DNA from: a virus
Lineage: Duplodnaviria > Caudoviricetes
DNA length: 35,518 nucleotides
Direction: 5' to 3' (one strand)
IMG/VR virus record: IMGVR_UViG_3300028588_000060
Coordinates: 1 to 35,518 of that record
Part shown: piece after piece, positions 21,001-30,234 of the stretch
Layout: every line of letters begins with the position of its first letter
Numbering within the stretch: the first letter of the stretch is position 1
Notes under the pieces: generated by a model
What the model was told of the DNA's origin: nothing
Database searches by the model: none
What the model saw: only the letters and a program-made list of their open reading frames with translations
Position numbers and translations under genes: made by a program

Positions 21001-23505
21001 GTGCGCGACAGCCAGCGCGGCGCGGGCGCGGCGACGCGCGCGCATTCGAAGGAAATCGCGGGGCAGACGCGCGAGTTGAAGGCCGCGGAAGCTCGGTTCG
21101 ACAAGCTGGCGGGGATCCGCGGCAAATACAGCGAAGAGCCAAACGCAGTCGTACGCGGCAACGCGGCCAAGGCCGACATCGACGGGCTGTTCACGTCCAT
21201 CGAAAAGGGCAAGGTCGTCGTCAAGGACACGGTCGACCTAATCAACTCGGCGACCGGGTTTAAGGAGATCTACACCCGCGAGGATGCCGCGCGAGACAAG
21301 AAGAACATCGACGACGGTGTGCGCAGGCCGATCACCCAAGCGATCGACCAGCAGCGCGAAGAGCTCGACGTCAGCCGGTTGATCCTGGCTGGGCGCAGCG
21401 ATGAGGCTGATCTGCTACGACAGAAGCAGGATCTGTCGAAGTCCGTCGTCGACATCACAGCCGCCGAGCTCCGCGAGTTGAAGAAGAACAACGCCGAGCA
21501 GCGTGCGATCAACGACGCAATCGACAAGCGCAATGCGCAGATCGATATCCAGGCGCGCGCCTATGGTGGCGTTCGCGACGCTGTGCGTGATGTCGTCGCG
21601 GACCCGAGCATCAAAACCGTCAAGTCCGTCGTCACGCGATTGAAGGATCAGTTCAAGGCCGACTTCGCCGACAAGTTCGTGCTCGATGTTCTCGGCGATC
21701 CCGAGAAGGAAGCGCGCGACGAGATGACGCGCGGCCTGAACGAAAGCGCGACGAACCTGAGCGGGTCGGCGACATCGCTTGATGACGCGGCAAAGGAATT
21801 GAAGGGCGTCGGCGTCGCGTTGCAGGCTCTGGCACCGCAGGCACCGGACGCACCGTCGGTTGTAGGCACGACATCGCCGCTGGTCGCAACCGCGGTCACG
21901 GCCGCTGCTGCGATCATCCCGAAGCTGAGCGTCGAGGTTGGCAAAGACCTGTCGAAAGACAACGTCGCGCCAGGCGGCAAGCCGGCGGCGAATGACAACA
22001 GCAATGACGATATCGTCGTCGTCGGTCGGACATTGCGCGAAGCACTCGGCGGCAGGACTCGCAACCTCAACCTATCGACTGAGGAACGGTACAACGATGC
22101 CGGGCTCAAGGCCGCAACTAAGCTGTTCGGCTCGGGCAGCATCCTCACGCGCGGCTTCGCCAAGCTTGGCACGCTCCTGTCCGGTGCAGCTATCGGCGGC
22201 GCTGCGAACAGCGTAATCGGCGCAGGCGGCAAGTCGAAGGAGGCATCGATCGGTGCGGGCATCGGCGGTGCGCTCGGCAAGTCGCTGCTCGGCGGTCCGA
22301 ATGGTCTGATCTCCAAGGGGCTCGGCGCCATCTCGTCGAAGCTTGGATCGTTCGCGGGACCGCTCGGCAGCATTGCCGGCAGCGTAATCGGGTCGGTCGT
22401 GGGCGGTCTCTTCGCGAAGAAGAAGGAGGGGTCCTCGAACGTCACAGTCAGCGCATCAGGCGTGACGTCCACCACTGGCGTCGGCACTGGCAAGGCTGAG
22501 AAGGCCGCTGCAACCGGGCTGGGCGCGTCGACCGCATCAGGCATCCAGAAGATCGCCGAAGCGCTCGGCGGCGTGTTCGGCTCCGCAGCGGTGTCGGTTG
22601 GGTATCGTCCAGGTCACAAGGCCGGCGCTTATCGGGTGGATCCGACTGGTCAGGGGAAGGTCAAGGACGGTGCGGTTCGCGCATTCGAGACGCAGGAAGA
22701 AGCGATCGAGTATGCGATCGTGGAATCGCTCAAGCAGGGCGCGATCAAGGGCATCCGCGAAGGGACCAAGCGTCTGCTCGCGGCCGGGCAGGATCTCGAC
22801 ACTGCGCTGAGCAAGGCGCTCCGCTTCGAACAGGTGTTCAAGGATCTCAAGTCGTACACCGATCCAGTCGGCGCGGCGATCGATGCCCTTAACACCGAGT
22901 TCGAATCGCTGATCAACCTGTTCAACGAGGCGGGTGCGTCGTCGGCTGAGTTCGCTGATCTCCAGAAGCTGTACGACTTCAAGCGTGCCGATGCGCTCAA
23001 GACGGCCACTGAGGCGGCAACGAACGAGATCCAGGACTTCATCGACGGGTTGAAGGGTAGCACTGACAGTCCGCTGTCACGCCGCACGGTCTATACGAAC
23101 GCGAAGGCGAAGGTCGACACGTTCCGATCGGACATCGCGGCGGGCAAGGTCGTGGACAGCGACGCGTTCCTCGAGGCGTTGAAGAATCTCCAGGACACGT
23201 CGGGCGCACTGAACGGCTCGCGTTCAGAGTTCTATAACGACTTCGAGGACATCCTTGCGCTGGCGACGAAGGCGCAGGCGAACATCACGGGCGCGGTGGT
23301 GCCCGGGTCCAGTTCGCCGTCGACGCTTCCTGCTTCGCCGTTCGATCCTGCCGTCGCCGGCAACATCGCTAATACGGCAGCGAACACCGCGCAGCTGATC
23401 GGCGCGGTGAAGGACATGACGCAGGCGATCTACTCGCAGGCGTCGAGTGGGCCCTTAGCTCAGGGCTCGACACTCAACTATCTGCCGAGCCGCCTGGCAA
23501 AGTGA
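18055..23505 (+). CDS. Tail tape measure protein (~1816 aa)
   Basis: Tape-measure N-terminal motifs (IARDTRQAL...LYSRI, QFIQG...GEELKSIREN, GKLT), long Ala-rich helices, LLGGPVGIA and GPLGSIAG segments. Confidence 0.92.
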   Translation: MARSNRFTSYLGVEIEANARTTLSQFERATEKAFQRIEAFNNKGAGRLGLGGLGIDRTATAGLRSTTTALSATRAEAARVAPAMARVTAETNKASVGFTRASQSLSIVQGQLGPLAGRLGSLGTVFRDLAGISLAGVLGGAGAFALAGVATSYQKVTDRLRPFYDTQQQTNAAMGDVIKIARDTRQALDPVAQLYSRITQAGKDAGLSIDTTRLTETIGKAARLSGGDEDTQKAGIGQFIQGFGSGTIGGEELKSIRENTFRLAKAIADGLGVPIAALKKLGAEGKLTPQVISEALARSAAQIDIEFARLPKRIGSSLTEAGNNLGVFIGRLDESAHATQGIAEAISALGNNLPAVITGVSGLAAVFAVRSLSAPIDAATASLSRFAATQLAVARGTATAVTPRIQAAGKTSAVANRARDEALTNAYDLRNEARKQALVVANLDARIAKETEAAAAQMAGQRAVIAEAERGAVLAQARVSAAQQELAVANQVAAVRRTSDIEAARARVVAIGDEQRALASTRAGAQQRIIAAQQAGAAAATNPNLTRSARGRAVDTASRQQAIAEAELTTAMEAQAGAARRLAAAQAELTGLRGAARTATQAQLVATEGLAAAELELAAATGTATAATTLGGSAANNAARSGIGLLASQEARIAANLQLAATEAAANAATAASIPTIARATAATAALASAKTFTKRAGDLLSTGASKLSALLGGPVGIALTAATVGFTYLATRTNEAKDAGQRFVDAQAALQQSLGGTTAALAAQTAQARELTIALAEAGVQKAKQAKLAVGTDLAASLTDAASNIDLSTAQGRADFSRTRQVASNLAGGRDSGITFKDLNALRKRNADAFGNSNLSAALGSNPADTVIKAAGFIQSNTELRDQQKALDALRKAQKAPPPKPIDLSGGGKGGRTRTNAELEADAALYSSGGTKSVQAAREFRATKAKLDADREQQTKAGTFSADDERAYVVALGEAQKRLDGVRDSQRGAGAATRAHSKEIAGQTRELKAAEARFDKLAGIRGKYSEEPNAVVRGNAAKADIDGLFTSIEKGKVVVKDTVDLINSATGFKEIYTREDAARDKKNIDDGVRRPITQAIDQQREELDVSRLILAGRSDEADLLRQKQDLSKSVVDITAAELRELKKNNAEQRAINDAIDKRNAQIDIQARAYGGVRDAVRDVVADPSIKTVKSVVTRLKDQFKADFADKFVLDVLGDPEKEARDEMTRGLNESATNLSGSATSLDDAAKELKGVGVALQALAPQAPDAPSVVGTTSPLVATAVTAAAAIIPKLSVEVGKDLSKDNVAPGGKPAANDNSNDDIVVVGRTLREALGGRTRNLNLSTEERYNDAGLKAATKLFGSGSILTRGFAKLGTLLSGAAIGGAANSVIGAGGKSKEASIGAGIGGALGKSLLGGPNGLISKGLGAISSKLGSFAGPLGSIAGSVIGSVVGGLFAKKKEGSSNVTVSASGVTSTTGVGTGKAEKAAATGLGASTASGIQKIAEALGGVFGSAAVSVGYRPGHKAGAYRVDPTGQGKVKDGAVRAFETQEEAIEYAIVESLKQGAIKGIREGTKRLLAAGQDLDTALSKALRFEQVFKDLKSYTDPVGAAIDALNTEFESLINLFNEAGASSAEFADLQKLYDFKRADALKTATEAATNEIQDFIDGLKGSTDSPLSRRTVYTNAKAKVDTFRSDIAAGKVVDSDAFLEALKNLQDTSGALNGSRSEFYNDFEDILALATKAQANITGAVVPGSSSPSTLPASPFDPAVAGNIANTAANTAQLIGAVKDMTQAIYSQASSGPLAQGSTLNYLPSRLAK

Positions 23506-23545
23506 TGTATAGCGCCCTTGGCACAAACCGAGGGCGCTTACAGAC

Positions 23546-26500
23546 ATGGGTACGTTGGTATCGATCGACGCTTGGAACCGGACGACGCAGAGCCGGGTGA
23601 CGGTGCGCGCGGGCGCGTCGCTGAATTCATCCACGCTCGGCGCCGGCGGATCACCGTGGGAGCCATGCGTCTCGCGCCTCCCGCGCTTCGCCATGCAGCT
23701 GTCCGATGACGATCTGACCGGGCAGCTGATGGTCGGTACCGGCGAGCTCGCAATCACGGCCAAGGATCTGATCTACGCCGGCGACTGGACCGCGCTCGAC
23801 TGGATCGGATCGCCCATCCGCGTCTACAGCGGCGAGGGGCAGCAGCTGGCCGACATGACGCTCGAGTTCGTCGGTCGCGTCACCGCGGGCGTCACCAACG
23901 CCGACAACGGGCAGGCTGCGCTGGCGATGGAGGTCAACAAGACCGCGGTCGACGTGCCCCTCCTGCGCAGCACCTATGGCGGCGGCGGGGGCAGTGACGG
24001 CGACGTCGAATTGCGCGGCACGTTCAAGCCTGCGGGCTTCGGCGCCCCGATCAACGTCCGCCCGGTGCTGATCGACACGATCAACCAGGTCTATCAGGCG
24101 GACGGCTACGGCAATCTCGCCGGGTTCGCCGGCGTCTACGAGGACTTGGGTTCGTTCGGCGCGAGCGTCGGCAACTATGCGACCTATGCCGCGCTTGTCG
24201 CCGCGGGGCTGCGCGAGGGTCAGTGGGCGACGTGCATCGCCGAAGGGATGTTCCGGCTCGGCGCGACCGCGACCGGCGTCATCACCTGCGATCCGATCTG
24301 CGGCGCGGATCTGCCGGGCACGATGATGCTGCGATGGCTTCAGGTGCATGCTGGCGTGCCGAACGCGCAGATCCGGTCGGCTGATTTCACCGCGCTGACC
24401 GCCGCCGTGCAGGCTGTCACGGGCGGCGCGCCTAAGATGTCGTTCTGGACATCGGAAAGCGTGCAGGTGCTCGACCTGATGCAGCGCGTGTGCGCCAGCT
24501 GCAACGCCGTGCCGCTGATCCTGCTCGACGGTACGATCAGCGTCGCGCGCTGCATCGGCGGGCCCGTTGCCGTCACGCTGAACCGAAGGGGCGGCGCGCC
24601 GAACGTCACGGCATGGGCCGCAACCGATTCTCCGATCCCGTGGTGGCGGATGCGGATGCCGGCGGCCAAGAGCTATTACGTCAACTCGCCGAGCGAGATC
24701 GATTACGAAGACGACGTCCTCGACCGCGGCGACTACGTGAGCACCGAGAGCTATCGCCAAGGCAACGTCGTGCGCTGGCAGGAGGATGGCGCGCGGTACA
24801 TCTACACCAATGCCATCGCGTCGACCGGCAACGCCCCGCCGGCCGCCGCCTTTTGGTCGCTGTACCAGTCCGCGCCTGACGCGACGCAGATCCGGTATCC
24901 CGGCGGCGGCAGCGTCTTCGACAAGATGCAGTCACTGCAAACCCAGATCGATGTCACGGTCGCTGACAACGTGCTCAGTCGCGGCGAGAAGCCGCAGTGG
25001 GTGATCACGTACAATGGCGTCACCGGCGATCTGAACAGCCTCAATGCTCGCTACACTGCCCTCGGAAGTCCTGCGGATATCACGGCGGCGCGCAACGATG
25101 CGAACGTGAAGGTCACGGCGCTCGGTACGTATCTGTCGGGCCTGACGCCGGCATGGAATGATCCTGCCACGGACACCCCGATCGTCGCGAACGACTTCCG
25201 CGCTGCATGGAGCAATGCGCTGATCTCGGTGGCAGCGTTCCGCGCTGCCATCACCGGGCGGAAAGGTGATCCAGGTGAAGACGGCCGAGATGGGACGGAC
25301 GGTGTGCCAGGCGGGCCGGGCGCGGACGGTCGGACGTCGTACGCTCACTACGCCTATGCAAACTCGCCCTCTGGCAGCGTGGATTTCACCACGGGATTTC
25401 CAGAAGGCCGGGCGTTCATTGGCTTTTACAGCGACTTTGTTCCGGCCGACAGCACGGACCCGGCACGTTACGAGTGGTCTGCATACAAGGGGCCAGCTAA
25501 TTTCGGTCTCGTACCGCAGGGTCAGGCCATCGTCGCGAGCAGTTCCCTCGTTCAAAATTCGTACACCGCTGATTGGGTAAGTGGTGGCTATTCCGCAGAG
25601 GGTTGGCGCGGTGGCGCGCAGACATCGTTCAGGCTCGACGCAGACACCTTCGGCGGTCTGAATACAGATCCGCTTGCTGGGCCTCATTACAGCACGATCG
25701 ATTATTCGTGGCACTGCTCATCAGGCGGTCAGACCTATATTTATGAAAGCGGAGTTTCGGTCTTCACACTGCCCGGCGGCAATGACGGGTCTAGGGTATT
25801 TCAGATCGTCTACGACAACACAGCTGTTCGCTATTACGTGAACGGCGCGGTTGTCTACGAACACGCGGTTGCGGCCGGCAAGACGCTCTACTTCGCCGCC
25901 TCGCTCGTCCACGGGCCCGGCAACAAGGTATATTCGATCACGTTCAATTCGGTTGGGCGTGCGGGGCTCGACGGCAACGGCTTGCCCGGCGCGCCTGGTG
26001 CCGACGGCCGCACGCAATATACCCATTACGCCTATGCAAACTCACTAAGCGGCACGGTCGACTTCACGACGGACGTGCCCGCGGGTCGCGCATACGAGGG
26101 CAGTTACGTCGACTTCAACTCCGCCGATAGCGGCAACCCGGCAGCGTACACATGGCGCGAATATAAGGGGCCACCTTTTGGGATGGCTGCACGCGGCTAT
26201 GCCGTCGTCGCTGGCAATCAGGTGATCAAAAACGGAGGGCCGGTTTCATGGGACAGCGATGCCTACTCGACAGTTGGATACAATGCCGGTGCGTCGACGT
26301 CCTTTAGGCTCGTCAGCGATAATGTTATGGCCGGGCTCAACCAAGATCCAACGACTGATGCCAGTTACGGGTCGTTGGACTATGCGTTCTATAGGACTGG
26401 CAGCAATCTGTATGCCTTTGAAGGTGCCGTAAACGTAGCCTCATTTGGCCCTGTCTCGGATGCCGACATTCTTCAAATTCAGTATGATAATAAAACGATA

Positions 26501-27415
26501 GCCTATTACAAAAATGGCGTCGTCCTCCGACAGTACGCGCTATCCGCCGGCAGGACATATTATTTCGACTCCAGCATTAACGATCCAGGCGCTCGTATCG
26601 TAGACGTCGCGTTCGGGCCGGCTGGAGCGGCCGGTAACGACGGATCGCCTGGCGTTCCTGGTGGTCCCGGAAACCCCGGTGCCGACGCCGTCTTATTAAC
26701 GCTCTCGCTTGAAACCATCATCGTTGCCGCAGACTCGACGGGCGTGACGAAAGCCGGCGCGCTTCCAAGGATGTCCACGCTCAAGGTAATGGCCGGCAGC
26801 GCTGACGTTACAGGATCCTCAAGCATCTCGCTTGCCGTCAGTGATAGTGGGATCGGCGCATCATACGGCGGTGGGGTTGTCACGGTCAGCACAGCAAACG
26901 TCGCGGGTTATATCGATGTGAATGCCGTCTACGCAGGAGCGACGTTCACACGCAGGCTGACAATCGTTCGTCAAAAGGACGCTGCACCCCCGGCATCGCA
27001 GTCGAGCGCTGCAAAGCAGGTTTCAGCGGTGGTCTTGGCCACCACCTACAACGACAGCGCAGCGAGCCAGTCCGTCATTCTGTCCGCGGGCTCTGGCGGC
27101 AAGTTTACCGCCTATTTCAGTGCGGAATATTATCTTGAGGGCGGAAGCGGATCGGGGAATCAGTTCTTCACGCCAGCCGGCAAGATACAATACCGTTCAC
27201 CTGGCGGCGGGTGGAACGACATGGGTGCAGAGGTAACGGGCTCGCAAGCGCGCGTCATCGGTGGTTCGCCCGAGCCGGGTACTATCGGCATAAGCCAGTC
27301 CGTCACCGGCCTATCGCCGAATGCGACCTATGAGGTTAGAGTCAGTTTCCGAAAGACCAGCGGCGGAACGGGGACGCAGGCGGTAATGAACGATGCATTG
27401 GTGGTATCGCAATGA
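23546..27415 (+). CDS. Tail tip / host-specificity protein with collagen-like linkers and duplicated modules
   Basis: Follows tape measure; LRGTFKPAGFG...NV.PVLID N-terminal domain, DNVLSRGEK, three GXY tracts, two Y.HYAYANS modules. Confidence 0.82.
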   Translation: MGTLVSIDAWNRTTQSRVTVRAGASLNSSTLGAGGSPWEPCVSRLPRFAMQLSDDDLTGQLMVGTGELAITAKDLIYAGDWTALDWIGSPIRVYSGEGQQLADMTLEFVGRVTAGVTNADNGQAALAMEVNKTAVDVPLLRSTYGGGGGSDGDVELRGTFKPAGFGAPINVRPVLIDTINQVYQADGYGNLAGFAGVYEDLGSFGASVGNYATYAALVAAGLREGQWATCIAEGMFRLGATATGVITCDPICGADLPGTMMLRWLQVHAGVPNAQIRSADFTALTAAVQAVTGGAPKMSFWTSESVQVLDLMQRVCASCNAVPLILLDGTISVARCIGGPVAVTLNRRGGAPNVTAWAATDSPIPWWRMRMPAAKSYYVNSPSEIDYEDDVLDRGDYVSTESYRQGNVVRWQEDGARYIYTNAIASTGNAPPAAAFWSLYQSAPDATQIRYPGGGSVFDKMQSLQTQIDVTVADNVLSRGEKPQWVITYNGVTGDLNSLNARYTALGSPADITAARNDANVKVTALGTYLSGLTPAWNDPATDTPIVANDFRAAWSNALISVAAFRAAITGRKGDPGEDGRDGTDGVPGGPGADGRTSYAHYAYANSPSGSVDFTTGFPEGRAFIGFYSDFVPADSTDPARYEWSAYKGPANFGLVPQGQAIVASSSLVQNSYTADWVSGGYSAEGWRGGAQTSFRLDADTFGGLNTDPLAGPHYSTIDYSWHCSSGGQTYIYESGVSVFTLPGGNDGSRVFQIVYDNTAVRYYVNGAVVYEHAVAAGKTLYFAASLVHGPGNKVYSITFNSVGRAGLDGNGLPGAPGADGRTQYTHYAYANSLSGTVDFTTDVPAGRAYEGSYVDFNSADSGNPAAYTWREYKGPPFGMAARGYAVVAGNQVIKNGGPVSWDSDAYSTVGYNAGASTSFRLVSDNVMAGLNQDPTTDASYGSLDYAFYRTGSNLYAFEGAVNVASFGPVSDADILQIQYDNKTIAYYKNGVVLRQYALSAGRTYYFDSSINDPGARIVDVAFGPAGAAGNDGSPGVPGGPGNPGADAVLLTLSLETIIVAADSTGVTKAGALPRMSTLKVMAGSADVTGSSSISLAVSDSGIGASYGGGVVTVSTANVAGYIDVNAVYAGATFTRRLTIVRQKDAAPPASQSSAAKQVSAVVLATTYNDSAASQSVILSAGSGGKFTAYFSAEYYLEGGSGSGNQFFTPAGKIQYRSPGGGWNDMGAEVTGSQARVIGGSPEPGTIGISQSVTGLSPNATYEVRVSFRKTSGGTGTQAVMNDALVVSQ
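25319..26686 (+). repeat. Two diverged ~226-aa modules delimited by collagen GAD motifs (25319, 25997, 26678)
   Basis: TACGCCTATGCAAACTC identical at 25349 and 26027 (678 nt apart); GLNTDP/GLNQDP and YDNTAV/YDNKTI align. Confidence 0.85.
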
Positions 27416-28008
27416 CGCAATTCTGGACGATCACCGCGGTTTCCGACGGGACAGTGCTGTCGCCCTGCTTCGCAACGCCGAGCGCGGAAGTGCATCCCAA
27501 GGATTGCGGCTGGGCTTGGGACGCTGCGGCACACAAGGCCAGCCCTATTGCGGCCGCTCCCGATCCCGCCGTTCAAAACTGGAGCGGTAAGACCTGGGGA
27601 GAGGCGGCCAGCAAGATCGAGCATATCCTGTGCGACCTGGTGGACGACGAACGCGAAGCCCGGCAGATGCTATCGCTCACGCCGGGCGGCGCTAAGAAAT
27701 ATGTCTACAACCGCAAGGCGCAGGAGGCGATCAACGCACAGGGCATCCTCGCCTCGGTGCTGAACGCGCTATCGCTCGTCGAGAAGAAGAAGAAATATCC
27801 CTTCGCGTATGCAGAATCCGCTGTGACCGGGGAGCCTTTAACGGCAGTCCTCGCCCGGTTTGAAACCGGCATGACGGTAGCGGCGGCCGAGAACGCGCGC
27901 ATCGAAGCCGTGGCGATGAAAGCCAAGCGAGACATACGTGCGGCAACGACGGCGGCCCAGAAGCGCGCCGTGTACGCTGCGATCATCTGGAATGTGGTGG
28001 TGCCTTAA
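27412..28008 (+). CDS. Probable tail fibre assembly/accessory protein
   Basis: ATGA overlap with fibre gene; PG...VY.RKAQEA, YPF, IEA....AK..I pattern. Confidence 0.6.
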   Translation: MTQFWTITAVSDGTVLSPCFATPSAEVHPKDCGWAWDAAAHKASPIAAAPDPAVQNWSGKTWGEAASKIEHILCDLVDDEREARQMLSLTPGGAKKYVYNRKAQEAINAQGILASVLNALSLVEKKKKYPFAYAESAVTGEPLTAVLARFETGMTVAAAENARIEAVAMKAKRDIRAATTAAQKRAVYAAIIWNVVVP

Positions 28009-28067
28009 CGCGCATTGCCATGCCTGCGGCGGGGGCGGTATGTAGGCGGCTCACTTAGGAGGGCCGA

Positions 28068-28334
28068 ATGGGCACAGCACAACAGGACGCGAACGCGATC
28101 GGCGCGGCAATCCGCGATCTCGAGCGCGACATCGCAGTGGCGGGCAACGCCAATCTCACAGCCAAGGCGGCACGACTGCACGAGATGCTATCGCAGGGGC
28201 TGGTCGATCACCTGCCCGACGTCGATTGGTACGAAGCGGCCGGCCAGGCCAGTGCGCAGCGGTCCGAAGGCGACGGTGACGTCCCTGAGACCAACGCCGG
28301 CGGCAAGCACGCTCCGACGCCGTCGGGAGGCTAA
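28068..28334 (+). CDS. Hypothetical protein (88 aa)
   Basis: AGGAGG RBS. Confidence 0.7.
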   Translation: MGTAQQDANAIGAAIRDLERDIAVAGNANLTAKAARLHEMLSQGLVDHLPDVDWYEAAGQASAQRSEGDGDVPETNAGGKHAPTPSGG

Positions 28335-28335
28335 G

Positions 28336-28818
28336 ATGGATATGGGGTGGGCCACGATATACACCGCGCTGTCGATGATGACGCTGCGCTACGCTTGGGA
28401 CACGAAGGCCAGATGGCTCGCGGTCGGCTTGGTGATCGAATGCGTAGTGACGAACCTGCTCGGAGCGATCGCGCCGCCGGAAAGTTCGCCGGCGATCAAC
28501 GTGATCCTCGAGCTCGGCATGATGATACTCGCATCGTTCATGATCGTGGCCTGCCCCCGCCTCGCCATCTCAATGATCGTCATATCGACGCTCTCGTGTG
28601 TGCTCGGACTGGCCTATTCGGCGCACGCTGATCCCGATATGCTCCACTACTATGAGGAACGGGCGAACGCACTCTTCGCGCTCAAATGCATCACCGTTCT
28701 GTTGTCAGGGATCTGGGATGTGGTCGTGTATAGCGTTCGTCGTTTCTTCCATTGGCGTGATCTTCGGCGGCGCGCTGTTGACGCTGAACGTCGTGCGCGG
28801 ACACGATACAGGTCGTAG
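28336..28818 (+). CDS. Membrane protein (about 4 TM segments, Arg-rich C-terminus)
   Basis: GGGAGG RBS before ATG 28336; hydrophobic segments. Confidence 0.7.
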   Translation: MDMGWATIYTALSMMTLRYAWDTKARWLAVGLVIECVVTNLLGAIAPPESSPAINVILELGMMILASFMIVACPRLAISMIVISTLSCVLGLAYSAHADPDMLHYYEERANALFALKCITVLLSGIWDVVVYSVRRFFHWRDLRRRAVDAERRARTRYRS

Positions 28819-28896
28819 GAAGCGGCTCGATTAGGTTTCCCCGTGCGTTGAAATAGCATAAGCAACCTGTATGACGCAGGGGCACGGGAGAGTTTG

Positions 28897-29277
28897 ATGG
28901 ATGACGCACTGACCGCCGCCAAGACAGTGGCGGCCCTCCGCGTCGCTGTCGCGTTAGCGTGGGGTGCGATTGGCGCCTGGGGTGTCCCAAGCATGTGCCG
29001 GGTCTTCGTCAAGCGCACGATTCGCCACGATTATTTCTGGGCATCGATGCTGATGCTGGCGGTCGGCCTCCTAATATTCCAGATCAGCGCGCTCAGCGGC
29101 GTCGGCGTCCCGCGCACTGATATCTACACGCTGACCGGCCTCGTCAGCCTTTTCCTCTCTGCGATCGGCATCTTCGTCACCCGGTCGCTCGCTGCGCCCG
29201 ACGAGCACAAGCGCGCGGCCCTCATCAGTCACGTGATATTGTTGGCGATCTGCATCGTCGTCGGCCTGTTGACGTGA
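28897..29277 (+). CDS. Membrane protein (about 4 TM segments)
   Basis: GGGAGAG RBS; four hydrophobic segments. Confidence 0.72.
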   Translation: MDDALTAAKTVAALRVAVALAWGAIGAWGVPSMCRVFVKRTIRHDYFWASMLMLAVGLLIFQISALSGVGVPRTDIYTLTGLVSLFLSAIGIFVTRSLAAPDEHKRAALISHVILLAICIVVGLLT

Positions 29278-29280
29278 TCG

Positions 29281-29841
29281 GTGAACGCGCTTTCTGATTT
29301 CATCCGCGAGAAGACCTTATTCTGGGTCCTCGTTCTCGGGTCACTGACCGCTGGGTTGGTGGCGGCGTACGGGCGCGAGCGCCATCAGGGCAAGTTCCCG
29401 CCGCGCAGCTGGTGGGAGATCCGCCTGTACGCCATGCCGTTCCTCGGCATCTTCACCGCTGCGATCGTCGACCAATTCAGCCTGAATAGTACGAAGACCG
29501 CCTTCGTCGCGGCTATGCTGGCCATGCTCGGCTACGAGCTCATCGGCGTGCTGCACGATCGCGGCTTGGAACGGGTGAAGAAGATCGGTGACACGCTCGG
29601 CGGCGACGATGATGACGTGCCAGCATCACGTCCGTTTTATTCGGTAATCGATACCGACAAGCAGGGCCTGCCGACGGCGCACGTTGTCGTCACGCCGCCG
29701 CCCGCGGTAATTGGAGGGGATATCGGCGGCGTCGCCGGCGCTGTGCTGCGTCACATCCACCCGGCGCCAGACGACGACGCCATGAAACCGCTGCTCGATG
29801 CCCTGGATGATGATATGGGGGACGTTCCAGGCATCGGTTGA
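29281..29841 (+). CDS. Holin-like membrane protein (about 3 TM segments plus acidic tail)
   Basis: Three hydrophobic segments ending AAMLAMLGYELI, class I holin-like layout; inference. Confidence 0.5.
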   Translation: MNALSDFIREKTLFWVLVLGSLTAGLVAAYGRERHQGKFPPRSWWEIRLYAMPFLGIFTAAIVDQFSLNSTKTAFVAAMLAMLGYELIGVLHDRGLERVKKIGDTLGGDDDDVPASRPFYSVIDTDKQGLPTAHVVVTPPPAVIGGDIGGVAGAVLRHIHPAPDDDAMKPLLDALDDDMGDVPGIG

Positions 29842-29850
29842 GGTAGCAGC

Positions 29851-30234
29851 ATGGCGACGGCGACAGTGGAACGGATCAGGCGCTGTGTGCGTGACAGCGA
29901 ATATGCGGTGGCGCAGAACCTGGTGATCCTGGCGGCGCGCCCCGACGCGAAACCTGCCGGCGAAGACGAGTTCACGATCGACTCCCTGTTCGATAGCACG
30001 GCGCACGCGCAGGCGCTGCTGAGCGAGAAGTTCGCGATCCTCTCGAGCGATCGCCGCAACGAAGCAGCTGAGTCCGACGCCCCCCTTGGCATCGGCACGG
30101 GCATCGCCGTCACCCCGATCCTGCCCCGCGCGCGCATGATCGACGCCGAGCGGTCGGTGGATCGCGTCATGGTGATCAAGGGGCTGGCGGTCGACCGGCA
30201 GGCCGAGCGCAACAGCATCGAGGCGGTTGGCTGA
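29851..30234 (+). CDS. Probable tail tip protein (127 aa)
   Basis: GAGG RBS; SLFDSTAHAQALL...RR pattern; TGATG coupling to next gene. Confidence 0.6.
   Translation: MATATVERIRRCVRDSEYAVAQNLVILAARPDAKPAGEDEFTIDSLFDSTAHAQALLSEKFAILSSDRRNEAAESDAPLGIGTGIAVTPILPRARMIDAERSVDRVMVIKGLAVDRQAERNSIEAVG

Noticed and set aside
25319-26686. Diversity-generating retroelement TR/VR pair
   Set aside because: Copies are highly diverged at all base types, both are in-frame coding, and no reverse transcriptase is in the window
28015-28335. N-terminal extension of the 28336 membrane protein
   Set aside because: Overlaps the 28068 gene; strong RBS at 28336
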